Source: Planctomycetota bacterium (lineage in GTDB: Bacteria; Planctomycetota; UBA8108; JACQVS01). Taken from it: DNA of 64,000 bases. Positions within the stretch are counted from its first letter, which is position 1, and every line of letters starts with the position of its first letter. The stretch is from contig JANQLS010000148.1 of assembly GCA_028280485.1 (NCBI GenBank), positions 17,002 through 81,001 on the forward strand. The letters are read 5' to 3'. Position numbers and translations under genes: made by a program. The notes beneath the pieces were generated by a model, which ran no database searches, was not told the origin of the DNA, and saw nothing but the letters and a program-made list of their open reading frames with translations. Positions 17,718-26,830 of this stretch are shown piece after piece.

Positions 17718-20700
17718 TTAAATTGTCTCTCTCAAAAATGCCAACAAATCGGCCATATCCCCCAATGACATCGATTCATCCAATTCCTCAGGCATAAACG
17801 ATCTACCCTCGGTCTCCATGTTTTGAATGTCTGCTTTTAATAAGGTAATGGATTTCCCGCTAGTGTCCTTCAAATGAATACTGGTTGCGGTCTCTTCTTT
17901 TATTAATCCCTTGTACAAAATTCCACCTTTGGTAAGCACTGTATAGTCATGAAAACGAGGATCGACCGATCGATTAGGGTCCAAGATCGATTGGAGCAAG
18001 GCCTGGGGAGATTTATCCGTTAATGCTCGTAGATCAGGGCCGATGGTCGTCCCGATGTTCCCGATCTGATGGCAAGTTGAACAATTCTTTTTAAAGACAT
18101 GCGCGCCTTCCTCCCCGCTACCATTGAGAGTCACTGAAGGCCAGTAAGCAAGAACCTTGTTTCCACCGTACGACTTTGGCTGTTTTGAAAATAAAGCTTT
18201 AGCCTTCTGAGCTATTTTTTTATCTTTCCAACGTTCAAGGATTTGACGCTGGGCGAGACTGAGGTCATGAATGGACAATTGTTGATTCTCAAGCGCGGAA
18301 AGAAAGCTCTGCGTCCAATTTCCGTTTTGGGAAATGATCCTAAATAATGCGGCTTGCTGATCGGGCAAACTCTTAGCGTAGAGGCTTATGACGTCTTCAG
18401 CTTGCCCCTTCAATTGACTTAATTTCGAAGCCACTGCCAATTGGAACTCTAATTCTGAACTTTCTAGTAACCATTTCGAAAGCAGCACAACATCTCGCCC
18501 CTTGCTATGAGGAAGGGCACCCATAAGCTTCACCAAGGCAATTCGAGTGTTTAAGGAAACCTTTCCTTCCTCAATGATCTCAGGCACTCTCAGAAGGAAC
18601 TTATCCAACGCTTGCTTTATAGCTTTGAACTTGGGATCGTCCTTAGTTAAGCGATCCAACGAACTTTGGGAATGATTCAGCTTAAAAAAAATAGATTCTA
18701 AAGCTTGGAGACGCCAGAGGTCTTTCGAAGGATCCAGCTCTCCCTCGACCAGAGCTGCAATTAACTCTCGAACAACCCCCCTATTGTTTGACTTAATAGC
18801 CGTCATGAATAGCGGAGAAAACCAAGCTTCAAATACCGGCCCTTTTTCCTGAACAACGGTCCTTGAAACTCCTTTTAGATGGGGAAGGAGTGAACTCGCT
18901 ATCGCAGAACGAAGCCATGGATTTTGATAATGAAGAACGGCTAACCGCCCTAAGGCTTCAGAACATTTTGAAGATTTAAATTCTCCGAGAGTACAAGCGA
19001 GTTGTAAGATCAACTTCAAATCTGAATGGGAGACGAGCCTTACAAGCTCGTCTTGAAGACCAGCATGCTCAGGAAATTTTTCGCTCATCCTCAAAACTTC
19101 AACCACAAATTGGGCTTCTTCATAGTTGAGAGCCGCAACCAGTTCCTCAGGCTTAAGAAGGCCCCAGCCATCTCTTAAAGACAAAAGATGAAGATCCATT
19201 AGAGCATTGTGCTCATCGACGATCTCCATACTGTCGGGCTTTTTAAGGAGAAGTGTTCGGTGAGCTAAATCTCGAAGGATGCCATTACGACTCCCCAAGA
19301 GCGACACGAGATTGCTCGGAGAACCTTTTGAAAAATCCGGTATTCGGGGAGATGGACCTTCTTTAGGAAGAACTCGATAAATTCTTCCTCGCTCTTCACC
19401 CGATCGATAAAACGGCTTGAGTTCTTCTTTACCATGAGGAGGTAACCAATCAGGATGCTCGATCATATAACGATACATATCGACGATATAGAGGGCTCCG
19501 TCGGGGCCTGTTCGCGTCATCACCGGGCGGCACCAACGATCTTCACTTGCAAAAAAATCGTGCCCGTTTTTTCCGGGAACTCGCTTCGCTTTAAAACTGA
19601 CCCCGGATGAAGTGAGAACAGTATGCTGAACAATGCCGTGAAAAGGATCACAAGTGAAAGCATGAGTACGGCCATCCTTTTCGAATAAAAGGCGGTCTCG
19701 ATAAATGCTCGGGCCACAAGCTGAAGTAAATTGGGTCGCATCGGCAAAACTGTGATAACGCTTCTGAGGAAACTTAGCGGGATAGAGCTTGGAGCTGACC
19801 TTGCGAATGAGATCTTTGGCCGAAGGAGTGGGAAGATAGGGATTCCGTTTCGCGTACCGATCCTTCAAGACGTAATACCAAAGAGGACGTGAATTTTGAA
19901 CTCCGAACCACCGGTTCCAATCATCGCGCACTCGACCGAATTGAGAGGGACCGGACTCCGGTTGCATCTCCCAAGTGACGGGATTGAAGCGAATGTCACG
20001 ACTCCCGATATGAACCTTTTTACCAGTAAGAACAGCTTCGATTTGGCGTTTTGCTCCGTACCCGGCGTGATGCCCTCCACTAGCGCAATAGATCCAATTA
20101 TCTAAACCCCATCGAAGGCCGTTGACTCGAAGTTGTTGGTTCCCAGGTAAAAAACCATCGTAGAGAATGACCTCACGATCGGCCTTTCCATCATCGTTAT
20201 GATCGGGAAGGTAAATGATATGAGGCGCAGTCGTCACTAAAACACCTCGATCCCAAACCATCAAACCGTTAGGAAAACTGAGCCCTTCAGCGTAGAGCAC
20301 CGAACGATCGTAACGACCATCGCGATCATCATCCGTTAGAATCCGAATGCGCCCTCCTGGTTCGTCGCCTCCCTTCATACCATCAGGATAGTCCGCCATT
20401 TCGGCGACCCACAATCGACCTTTGAGATCCCAATCGATCGCTACGGGATCTTTTACAAGGGGTTCTTGCGCTACCAACTCTAAACGAAATTGAGGATCGA
20501 TGTGAGTGATTCGAAGAGTCTCTTCAGGACTCTTCGGTAGGGAATCCAGCTTGAGAGTTTTCTCTGAGTTCGAATTATTGGCTGACTTGTTTCCCATTCC
20601 CGAAGCTTTGAAGTGTTCGGCAGCCTCCACCGGGCTTAAAGCTCGATCGAACAGGGAAATTTCATCGAGTAAGCCTTCCAAGCCGGGTTGGTTCTTATGG

Positions 20701-22667
20701 TCTCCTCCTAACATCAACTTCGCCGTTGGGTCGGGTTTTAATTTTACAGATCCTTCTAAATCCAATTTTCCATTGAGGAAAACTCGAACAAAGTTCTTAT
20801 CGCGAGTGAATACTAAATGATTCCAGCCCTGACCGAAGGTTTGCTTCCCTTGAAGCGATCCGATGGATAGTTTCCCTAAATTTTCACTTCCACCATCGAC
20901 GATGGTTAAGAGATCCGAACCCCAGCGAAAAATTTCTCCTCGAACTTTTCGGTTATCTTTGATGACCTTATTAGAAAACCATAGCTCAACGGAATATTGA
21001 TCTTTGATTTGCTGAGCTTGAAACTCGAGCCAACCATCGATGAGATGCAAGCAACGATTGACATGTTCATTTGAGAATGCCGGAGATTGAGGACCACGTA
21101 AGTAAAAGGCGATTCTTGGCTTTACTTTTAGTTCGTTTTTATTCCCACTCGAATCACTAACGGATTCACCACGGAATTCTTCCAATCGCCAATAAGCTAT
21201 AGGTTTCTTTGACAGGATCAAAGAGGGGTAAGCTCCCTTCGAACGAACGGGAGCCCTCTCATTCTTACCGCTGACTTTTTCCAACAACTTGACAACGCTT
21301 CTCACGATGATGGGCTCCGCCTCGATCGCTAAACCCGCCGTACGGGCGGGCCAAGTATTGTACCCACCTAAGGCGTGTTGCTCGGGTGGCGGAATGTAAC
21401 CGGCAGCCCCATTTGCCAATGAAAGGTTAAAAGTCGGTTGCAGGGGACTCCGCATTTTGAGTTCAAGACCCGTTAAAGCGTAGACTTCACAAGGTATGGC
21501 GGTGATTCCCATCGAACCAATTCGAGCGGCCTGCAACACGACTTCTTCTTTTGGATTGTCTCTCAAAAAGAAAGCTTGCTCAGCGTAAACTTGAGGCCGA
21601 TTTTTGGGACGCACGTTAGGATCAGGCCAAGTCTTCTTGGCCCACTCCAATCTCTTTTCGTCGGGAAGACGACGATTAAAAGTGATTCGCTGCTCTTCGA
21701 TCCCGATAGGAACATTTTTAAAAAAGCGAATTTGCTTGTAAGCTTTCAATGATGATTCAACGAGCTCTCGAGTGTATTTGTCGATCGGAGGATTAACTCT
21801 CGGTTTCGAATAATCCCCTCTCCATAAATCTCCACTCGTCCCCTGAGAAAGAATCCCCACAAATCCCTGAGTTTCTTTCCCGAGCTCTTTTTCAATTTGA
21901 TTCGCATAACGCCCGAAGTAATCCGCTGAGAAGCCACCACCGAAGCCGAAGTAGTGCATCGAAAAGTTACCCATAAAAAATATGGGCTTTCCTTCATAGT
22001 CTCTAGCAGCCAGGATCGAAAATCCCGCATCCTCAGGTCCCGAAGGACCGACGTAATGAGGATTTTGATAGCCCGGATGCATCATCGCTTGCACGGTGCG
22101 TTCGCCGAAAGGATCCAAGTCAGGGCGTCCCACTCTACGAATCCAACGTCGATTAGCCGTGTGGTCGGGAGCTTGAAATACAGTATGCCCGACCTCAGCT
22201 GGGCGAACTCGTTTCGATGCTTCGATGATGCTTTTTGCAATCCAACCGGGTAAGACTTTGGCGTACTCAGGATCGATTCGAGTTCCTAAGCAATAATTCA
22301 TCGCGCTCGGAGCAGTATGGGTGTGAGTTGCCGAAATTAAAACGCGGTTAGGTTCTAAGCCGATCTCAGAATGAACTCTTCGCTTCACCTCATCGCAAAG
22401 AGTCCGCGGAAGCATGCAAGAATCAACAATCGCGATCGCTAATTGTTGCTTATCATTCTTAAAGTACGCCACTCGGGAATAAAGTGGGTCAGCAACTCGG
22501 TTCGTGACTCTTTCTAAAAATCCACCATTCTGGCGCGCGGGCAAGACCTTTGGGCTAATATCTTGCGAGTAGGCTCCGACTTGAATGACTCGATTGTCCT
22601 CCTGACTTAGAAGGACTGACGAGGAGCACAGAAACAGACAGATGATGATGGTCTTTTTAATGAACAT
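17718..22667 (-). CDS. Giant secreted multidomain protein: neutral-ceramidase-like N-domain + LamG/ConA-like + membrane-bound-dehydrogenase-type beta-propeller + HEAT repeats + C-terminal cytochrome c
   Basis: 1649 aa; signal peptide; SATHTHTAPSAMN (ceramidase-like); LamG-like block; PVAIDWDLKGRLWVAEMADYPDG propeller; long helical repeat region; CSTCHQIGNIG heme motif near the C-terminus. Confidence 0.6.
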   Translation of the reverse strand: MFIKKTIIICLFLCSSSVLLSQEDNRVIQVGAYSQDISPKVLPARQNGGFLERVTNRVADPLYSRVAYFKNDKQQLAIAIVDSCMLPRTLCDEVKRRVHSEIGLEPNRVLISATHTHTAPSAMNYCLGTRIDPEYAKVLPGWIAKSIIEASKRVRPAEVGHTVFQAPDHTANRRWIRRVGRPDLDPFGERTVQAMMHPGYQNPHYVGPSGPEDAGFSILAARDYEGKPIFFMGNFSMHYFGFGGGFSADYFGRYANQIEKELGKETQGFVGILSQGTSGDLWRGDYSKPRVNPPIDKYTRELVESSLKAYKQIRFFKNVPIGIEEQRITFNRRLPDEKRLEWAKKTWPDPNVRPKNRPQVYAEQAFFLRDNPKEEVVLQAARIGSMGITAIPCEVYALTGLELKMRSPLQPTFNLSLANGAAGYIPPPEQHALGGYNTWPARTAGLAIEAEPIIVRSVVKLLEKVSGKNERAPVRSKGAYPSLILSKKPIAYWRLEEFRGESVSDSSGNKNELKVKPRIAFYLRGPQSPAFSNEHVNRCLHLIDGWLEFQAQQIKDQYSVELWFSNKVIKDNRKVRGEIFRWGSDLLTIVDGGSENLGKLSIGSLQGKQTFGQGWNHLVFTRDKNFVRVFLNGKLDLEGSVKLKPDPTAKLMLGGDHKNQPGLEGLLDEISLFDRALSPVEAAEHFKASGMGNKSANNSNSEKTLKLDSLPKSPEETLRITHIDPQFRLELVAQEPLVKDPVAIDWDLKGRLWVAEMADYPDGMKGGDEPGGRIRILTDDDRDGRYDRSVLYAEGLSFPNGLMVWDRGVLVTTAPHIIYLPDHNDDGKADREVILYDGFLPGNQQLRVNGLRWGLDNWIYCASGGHHAGYGAKRQIEAVLTGKKVHIGSRDIRFNPVTWEMQPESGPSQFGRVRDDWNRWFGVQNSRPLWYYVLKDRYAKRNPYLPTPSAKDLIRKVSSKLYPAKFPQKRYHSFADATQFTSACGPSIYRDRLLFEKDGRTHAFTCDPFHGIVQHTVLTSSGVSFKAKRVPGKNGHDFFASEDRWCRPVMTRTGPDGALYIVDMYRYMIEHPDWLPPHGKEELKPFYRSGEERGRIYRVLPKEGPSPRIPDFSKGSPSNLVSLLGSRNGILRDLAHRTLLLKKPDSMEIVDEHNALMDLHLLSLRDGWGLLKPEELVAALNYEEAQFVVEVLRMSEKFPEHAGLQDELVRLVSHSDLKLILQLACTLGEFKSSKCSEALGRLAVLHYQNPWLRSAIASSLLPHLKGVSRTVVQEKGPVFEAWFSPLFMTAIKSNNRGVVRELIAALVEGELDPSKDLWRLQALESIFFKLNHSQSSLDRLTKDDPKFKAIKQALDKFLLRVPEIIEEGKVSLNTRIALVKLMGALPHSKGRDVVLLSKWLLESSELEFQLAVASKLSQLKGQAEDVISLYAKSLPDQQAALFRIISQNGNWTQSFLSALENQQLSIHDLSLAQRQILERWKDKKIAQKAKALFSKQPKSYGGNKVLAYWPSVTLNGSGEEGAHVFKKNCSTCHQIGNIGTTIGPDLRALTDKSPQALLQSILDPNRSVDPRFHDYTVLTKGGILYKGLIKEETATSIHLKDTSGKSITLLKADIQNMETEGRSFMPEELDESMSLGDMADLLAFLRETI

Positions 22668-22775
22668 CTTCTCATTGACACTTTCTTGAGAGGGAGAATA
22701 TCGATACGATAGATATCTTGCTATCGCTCTATCGCTAAACCCATATTAAACTTATTTGATAGAAATCATCTCACC

Positions 22776-24218
22776 ATGACTCGACACCAAAGTTCAATCA
22801 TTAGAAATGTGATTCTACTCCTCACCGCACTAATTTCAGTTCAAGCCACGGCGTCCCCTGAAGGTAAACGCAATTTTGTCTTTCTTTTAGTCGATGATTT
22901 AGGGTGGGCGGATACGGGTTGCTACGGCAGTACGTTCTACGAAACACCGCACATCGATCGACTCGCCGCATCGGGTACTCGATTCACCCAAGCTTACGCT
23001 GCGGGCTCGGTTTGTTCTCCCACCCGGGCGAGCATCCTCACGGGCCGCCATCCCGTTCGAGTAGATATCACCGATTGGATCCCCGGCATGGCCACAAATA
23101 GAGCAAAAACGGCAAAGTTCAAACACATCAACGATCGAGATAATCTAGCCCTGTCAGAGGTGACCATCGCCGAAGAGCTCAAAGCGAATGGCTACCAAAC
23201 ATTCTTCGCGGGCAAATGGCACTTAGGCGACAAAGGGCATTGGCCTAAGGATCAAGGTTTCGATTTCAATATTGGAGGGAACAAAAAAGGATCACCTCCC
23301 GGTGGGTACTACGCCCCCTGGACGAATCCCACTTTAAAATCAAAACACAAAGGGGAATACCTCACCGAAAGATTGACGGAAGAATCGATCAAATTTCTGA
23401 AGACTCGTAATTCGAAAAAACCCTTCTTACTTTATCTTTCGTATTACAACGTTCACACTCCGATCACTCCCTACAAAAAGCGAATCGCACATTTCAAAGA
23501 GAAAGCAAGTAAGGTTCAATCCAAGGGCACCAGCATCGACGAACACGATGGCACTTCCAAGCTCACTCAAGACAATCCCGCCTACGCTTCGATGATTCAA
23601 GCGGTCGATGACAGCGTAGGAGAATTGATGGCAGCTCTCCAATCTCAGGGCCTAGATAAAAGCACTGCCGTCTTCTTTTTTTCTGACAACGGTGGTTTAT
23701 GCACATTGAGAAAAAACCGAAGAGCCCCTACCAGCAATTTACCCCTTCGCTCAGGAAAGGGGTGGCTCTACGAAGGCGGCATTCGTGAACCCTTGATCAT
23801 CAGTGCTCCAGGAGTTGGCAAGCCAGGATCGATTTGTAAGACTCCCGTTTTCAGTACGGATTTCTTTCCCACCATCTTAGAATTAGCCGGCCTTCCCCTT
23901 AATCCTGACCTGCATGCGGATGGGAAAAGTCTATATAAACATTTATCCAATAACGAAGATAAGAGCCCACGAAGCCTCTTCTGGCACTACCCTCACTACC
24001 ATGGTTCCTCTTGGAAACCGGGTGCCGCTATTCGTGTCGGAGACTGGAAATTGATTGAGTTTTATCACTGGGAAAAAATTGAGCTCTATAATTTGGCGAC
24101 AGACCCAGGAGAAAAGAAGGATCTGTCGAAGACCCACCCCGATAAAGCTAAAGAACTTCAAAACAAACTCAAGAGCTGGCAAAAGAAAATGAAGGCGAAG
24201 ATGCCTCAGCGAATTTAA
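22776..24218 (+). CDS. Formylglycine-dependent sulfatase (secreted)
   Basis: 480 aa; [37 protein letters not shown]. Confidence 0.9.
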   Translation: MTRHQSSIIRNVILLLTALISVQATASPEGKRNFVFLLVDDLGWADTGCYGSTFYETPHIDRLAASGTRFTQAYAAGSVCSPTRASILTGRHPVRVDITDWIPGMATNRAKTAKFKHINDRDNLALSEVTIAEELKANGYQTFFAGKWHLGDKGHWPKDQGFDFNIGGNKKGSPPGGYYAPWTNPTLKSKHKGEYLTERLTEESIKFLKTRNSKKPFLLYLSYYNVHTPITPYKKRIAHFKEKASKVQSKGTSIDEHDGTSKLTQDNPAYASMIQAVDDSVGELMAALQSQGLDKSTAVFFFSDNGGLCTLRKNRRAPTSNLPLRSGKGWLYEGGIREPLIISAPGVGKPGSICKTPVFSTDFFPTILELAGLPLNPDLHADGKSLYKHLSNNEDKSPRSLFWHYPHYHGSSWKPGAAIRVGDWKLIEFYHWEKIELYNLATDPGEKKDLSKTHPDKAKELQNKLKSWQKKMKAKMPQRI

Positions 24219-24222
24219 GACA

Positions 24223-24723
24223 TCAACGCTTTATATATTTTTCAAAATCAGTGTCTTGTTTAATAAAGGCCTTCACATCGTCGATCTTGCAAGCGAGTCC
24301 ACTCATATCCTTGTTGAGTCTCTGAATGGCAAGCTTGTTATCAACATTCGTAAAAATAAAGACATTGCCCTCCTGAGGATCAAAAGATGATCCTAAATAA
24401 GTAACTTTTCCAGTGACTCCATCCTTGGAGTCTACACTGAAGGTGATACGCGTTCCATCCGCTTTTTTGAGTTCCATGGTCGCATTAGCCCCCTGGTTAT
24501 TGGTGGTCAATCTTCCACTGGTGCTCGCATCGATGTCATGGAGGAGAAGGATGCTCAGCCCCCCGCTCCATTTGTAGTAAGAGAAGGCCGCTGTTCCCAA
24601 AATAGGACTCGCTGAGCAACTGTTGACGCTCGTAGCTTTTCCCCCACCCGTATTCACTCTTACATTGCAACCGAAAGTGAGCAGGGCTATAGCCATCGTC
24701 AAGGTGATGAATGTGATTTTCAT
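24223..24723 (-). CDS. Hypothetical lipoprotein
   Basis: 166 aa; signal peptide with lipobox LLTFGC; no recognisable domain. Confidence 0.4.
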   Translation of the reverse strand: MKITFITLTMAIALLTFGCNVRVNTGGGKATSVNSCSASPILGTAAFSYYKWSGGLSILLLHDIDASTSGRLTTNNQGANATMELKKADGTRITFSVDSKDGVTGKVTYLGSSFDPQEGNVFIFTNVDNKLAIQRLNKDMSGLACKIDDVKAFIKQDTDFEKYIKR

Positions 24724-24799
24724 TTTGGTTTAAGTTTCCTGAAAAGAACTCTGATTTATAAATTATGCGAAATCCTTCGACATTTTCTCAGAATCTCTA

Positions 24800-25174
24800 T
24801 CAGTCGGAGTTCCGCATAAAATTTTCAATAAATTCTACTAACGCATTTGAATTGTTGAATCGTTCCTCTTTAGAGGCGAAAACGAGGGTAACTTTATGGC
24901 TCTTAATAAGATCGAGGAGGCCTTCTAAGCCATCAACTTGATTACTGAGTTCCTCAAAATACTTGGACTTAAATTCCTCCCACTTTTCAACATCGTGTTG
25001 AAACCATTTTCGGAGTTCAGCCGAAGGTGCTAAATCCTTTAGCCAATGATCAACCTTTGCTTTTTCTTTCGACAATCCCCGCGGCCAGAGACGCTCGACC
25101 AGAATTCTTATACCGTCATCGGGTTCAGCGGGCTCATAAACTCGTTTTAATGCGATGGGGTATCTTTTCGCCAT
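24800..25174 (-). CDS. DUF488 family protein (YeaO-like)
   Basis: 124 aa; [58 protein letters not shown] matches the DUF488 consensus. Confidence 0.7.
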   Translation of the reverse strand: MAKRYPIALKRVYEPAEPDDGIRILVERLWPRGLSKEKAKVDHWLKDLAPSAELRKWFQHDVEKWEEFKSKYFEELSNQVDGLEGLLDLIKSHKVTLVFASKEERFNNSNALVEFIENFMRNSD

Positions 25175-25181
25175 GTAAATT

Positions 25182-26654
25182 CTAAGATCGAGACCCGAAG
25201 GCCCACAAGTGCTTCGAAGACCGAAGGTAGATCTTGTTATCTACAACCGCTGGAGTAGCGTACAAGCCTTCACCGATTTGGTTGCGCTCCAAAATTTCAA
25301 ACGGACCATCCGTTGAAAGAACAAACACGGTTCCCCGTTCAGCGGGTACGAGTAATTTATCTTTCACGAGAACGGGGGTCGCGTAATACTCTCCACCTAA
25401 GCCTAATCTCTTGGCCTGGTAAAACGGCTTACCGTTTTCTGAACTGACGCATGAAATGAGCCCACCCTTCTTAACGTAGTAGACTTTTCCCTGATGCACG
25501 ACCGGAGAAGCGACATAAGGTAAGGCTCTCTTGTGTTCCCACATTACGTGAGTTTTGGTGATATTTCCCCTTCCTCCTCCTCGTATGGCAACGAGAACAT
25601 TACGACCCGGAGCGGCCTTCTGATTAAAGAAGGGTTTCATTTCAAAATCTTCCCAATCCCCATTGCGATTTTTATCGAGGTACTTGAAGACATCTCGAAC
25701 TCGACTGTCGGGTAGTTCGCTGCGCTGAATCTTCTTATCTTTATTCTTATCAAAATGATCCACGAACTTACTCAAGTCCTTGAGGACTTCCCGGGGTACA
25801 TCGGCATCGAAACCGGTAACCAAGCGCTCGTTCCCCGGTATGTTGGAGGTCGTCCAACCGCCGAAGATAAGTTGATTGCCCGACGAAACGGGTGAGGTAC
25901 AGACGAATGCCGGGAGATTCGTCACGACCCAAATTTCTTTCCCATCCTCCGCATTAAAACTTTCAAGCTTACCGGATCCCCCTACAACGATTTCGGTCAC
26001 ACCGTTTCGCTTCCAAACGTAGGGACTTGAGTAGTTCACCCCAATTTCAGGGCGAGGAACTTCCCATTTACGTTGACCCGTCTCGGCATTCCAGCAGGAT
26101 AGGGTTGACAATCCAACGACATCTCGAAGGAGATATACCGAGTCCCCATCGAGAATAGGTGAAGCTCCGAAACCAAATGGATTTTTTGCCACGGGAAACT
26201 TCTTTTCCCAAATCATTTCCCCATCGTGGTCGAGGGCGATCAAACCATAGGCCCCAAAATAAATGATGAGTCTTTTGGAATCGACACAAGGAGTGGGAAT
26301 CGCTGGAGAGGAATCTTCATGTTGAAACTCTTCTTTCCCCTGAGCCTTAAAACTCTTTTTCCAGATTTCAGATCCATCTTTTCGATTCAAGCATAAGACT
26401 TTGAGCTCGCTTTTGGCGTAAGCCGTCAAAAAGATTCGATCTTTCCAAATCACCGGCGAAGAATGCCCCGGGAGAACTTCAACCTTCCACAACAGATTTT
26501 TATTCGGTCCAAATTGAGTTGGAACATTTTGGTCGGGTGCAACCGCCAAGCCGTCGGTACCTCGGAACTGAGCCCAGCGGATGGCTTGATCTTCAGCGAT
26601 GAGGTTAGAGAAGACGAGTAGTAAGCTGGTAAGTGAAAGTATGATAATTTTCAT
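25182..26654 (-). CDS. Secreted PQQ-like beta-propeller protein with an inserted EF-hand pair
   Basis: 490 aa; signal peptide; propeller blades; internal [13 protein letters not shown] and [12 protein letters not shown] fit the 12-residue EF-hand loop consensus. Confidence 0.65.
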   Translation of the reverse strand: MKIIILSLTSLLLVFSNLIAEDQAIRWAQFRGTDGLAVAPDQNVPTQFGPNKNLLWKVEVLPGHSSPVIWKDRIFLTAYAKSELKVLCLNRKDGSEIWKKSFKAQGKEEFQHEDSSPAIPTPCVDSKRLIIYFGAYGLIALDHDGEMIWEKKFPVAKNPFGFGASPILDGDSVYLLRDVVGLSTLSCWNAETGQRKWEVPRPEIGVNYSSPYVWKRNGVTEIVVGGSGKLESFNAEDGKEIWVVTNLPAFVCTSPVSSGNQLIFGGWTTSNIPGNERLVTGFDADVPREVLKDLSKFVDHFDKNKDKKIQRSELPDSRVRDVFKYLDKNRNGDWEDFEMKPFFNQKAAPGRNVLVAIRGGGRGNITKTHVMWEHKRALPYVASPVVHQGKVYYVKKGGLISCVSSENGKPFYQAKRLGLGGEYYATPVLVKDKLLVPAERGTVFVLSTDGPFEILERNQIGEGLYATPAVVDNKIYLRSSKHLWAFGSRS

Positions 26655-26672
26655 TTTTAAATTCAGTTAAAT

Positions 26673-26830
26673 AGTAGTCGGCTCAATGTAGTCCGCACGC
26701 TCTGCGTGCGGATTGTAGTCGGCTCACCCCGTGAGCCGGAAGAGCACAGCGTTACAAATCCTGGCTTAATTATGACTGATTTGCGAAGTGACTCATACCG
26801 TCCCGGCTCACGGGGTGAGCCGACTACTTT
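26673..26830. mobile_element. MITE-like element, family A (158 bp)
   Basis: agtagtcggctcaatgtagtccgcacgctctgcgtgcgga...cccggctcacggggtgagccgactacttt; inverted termini. The TAG stop of the minus-strand 995-aa gene (26824-26826) lies inside the right terminus. Confidence 0.6.
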
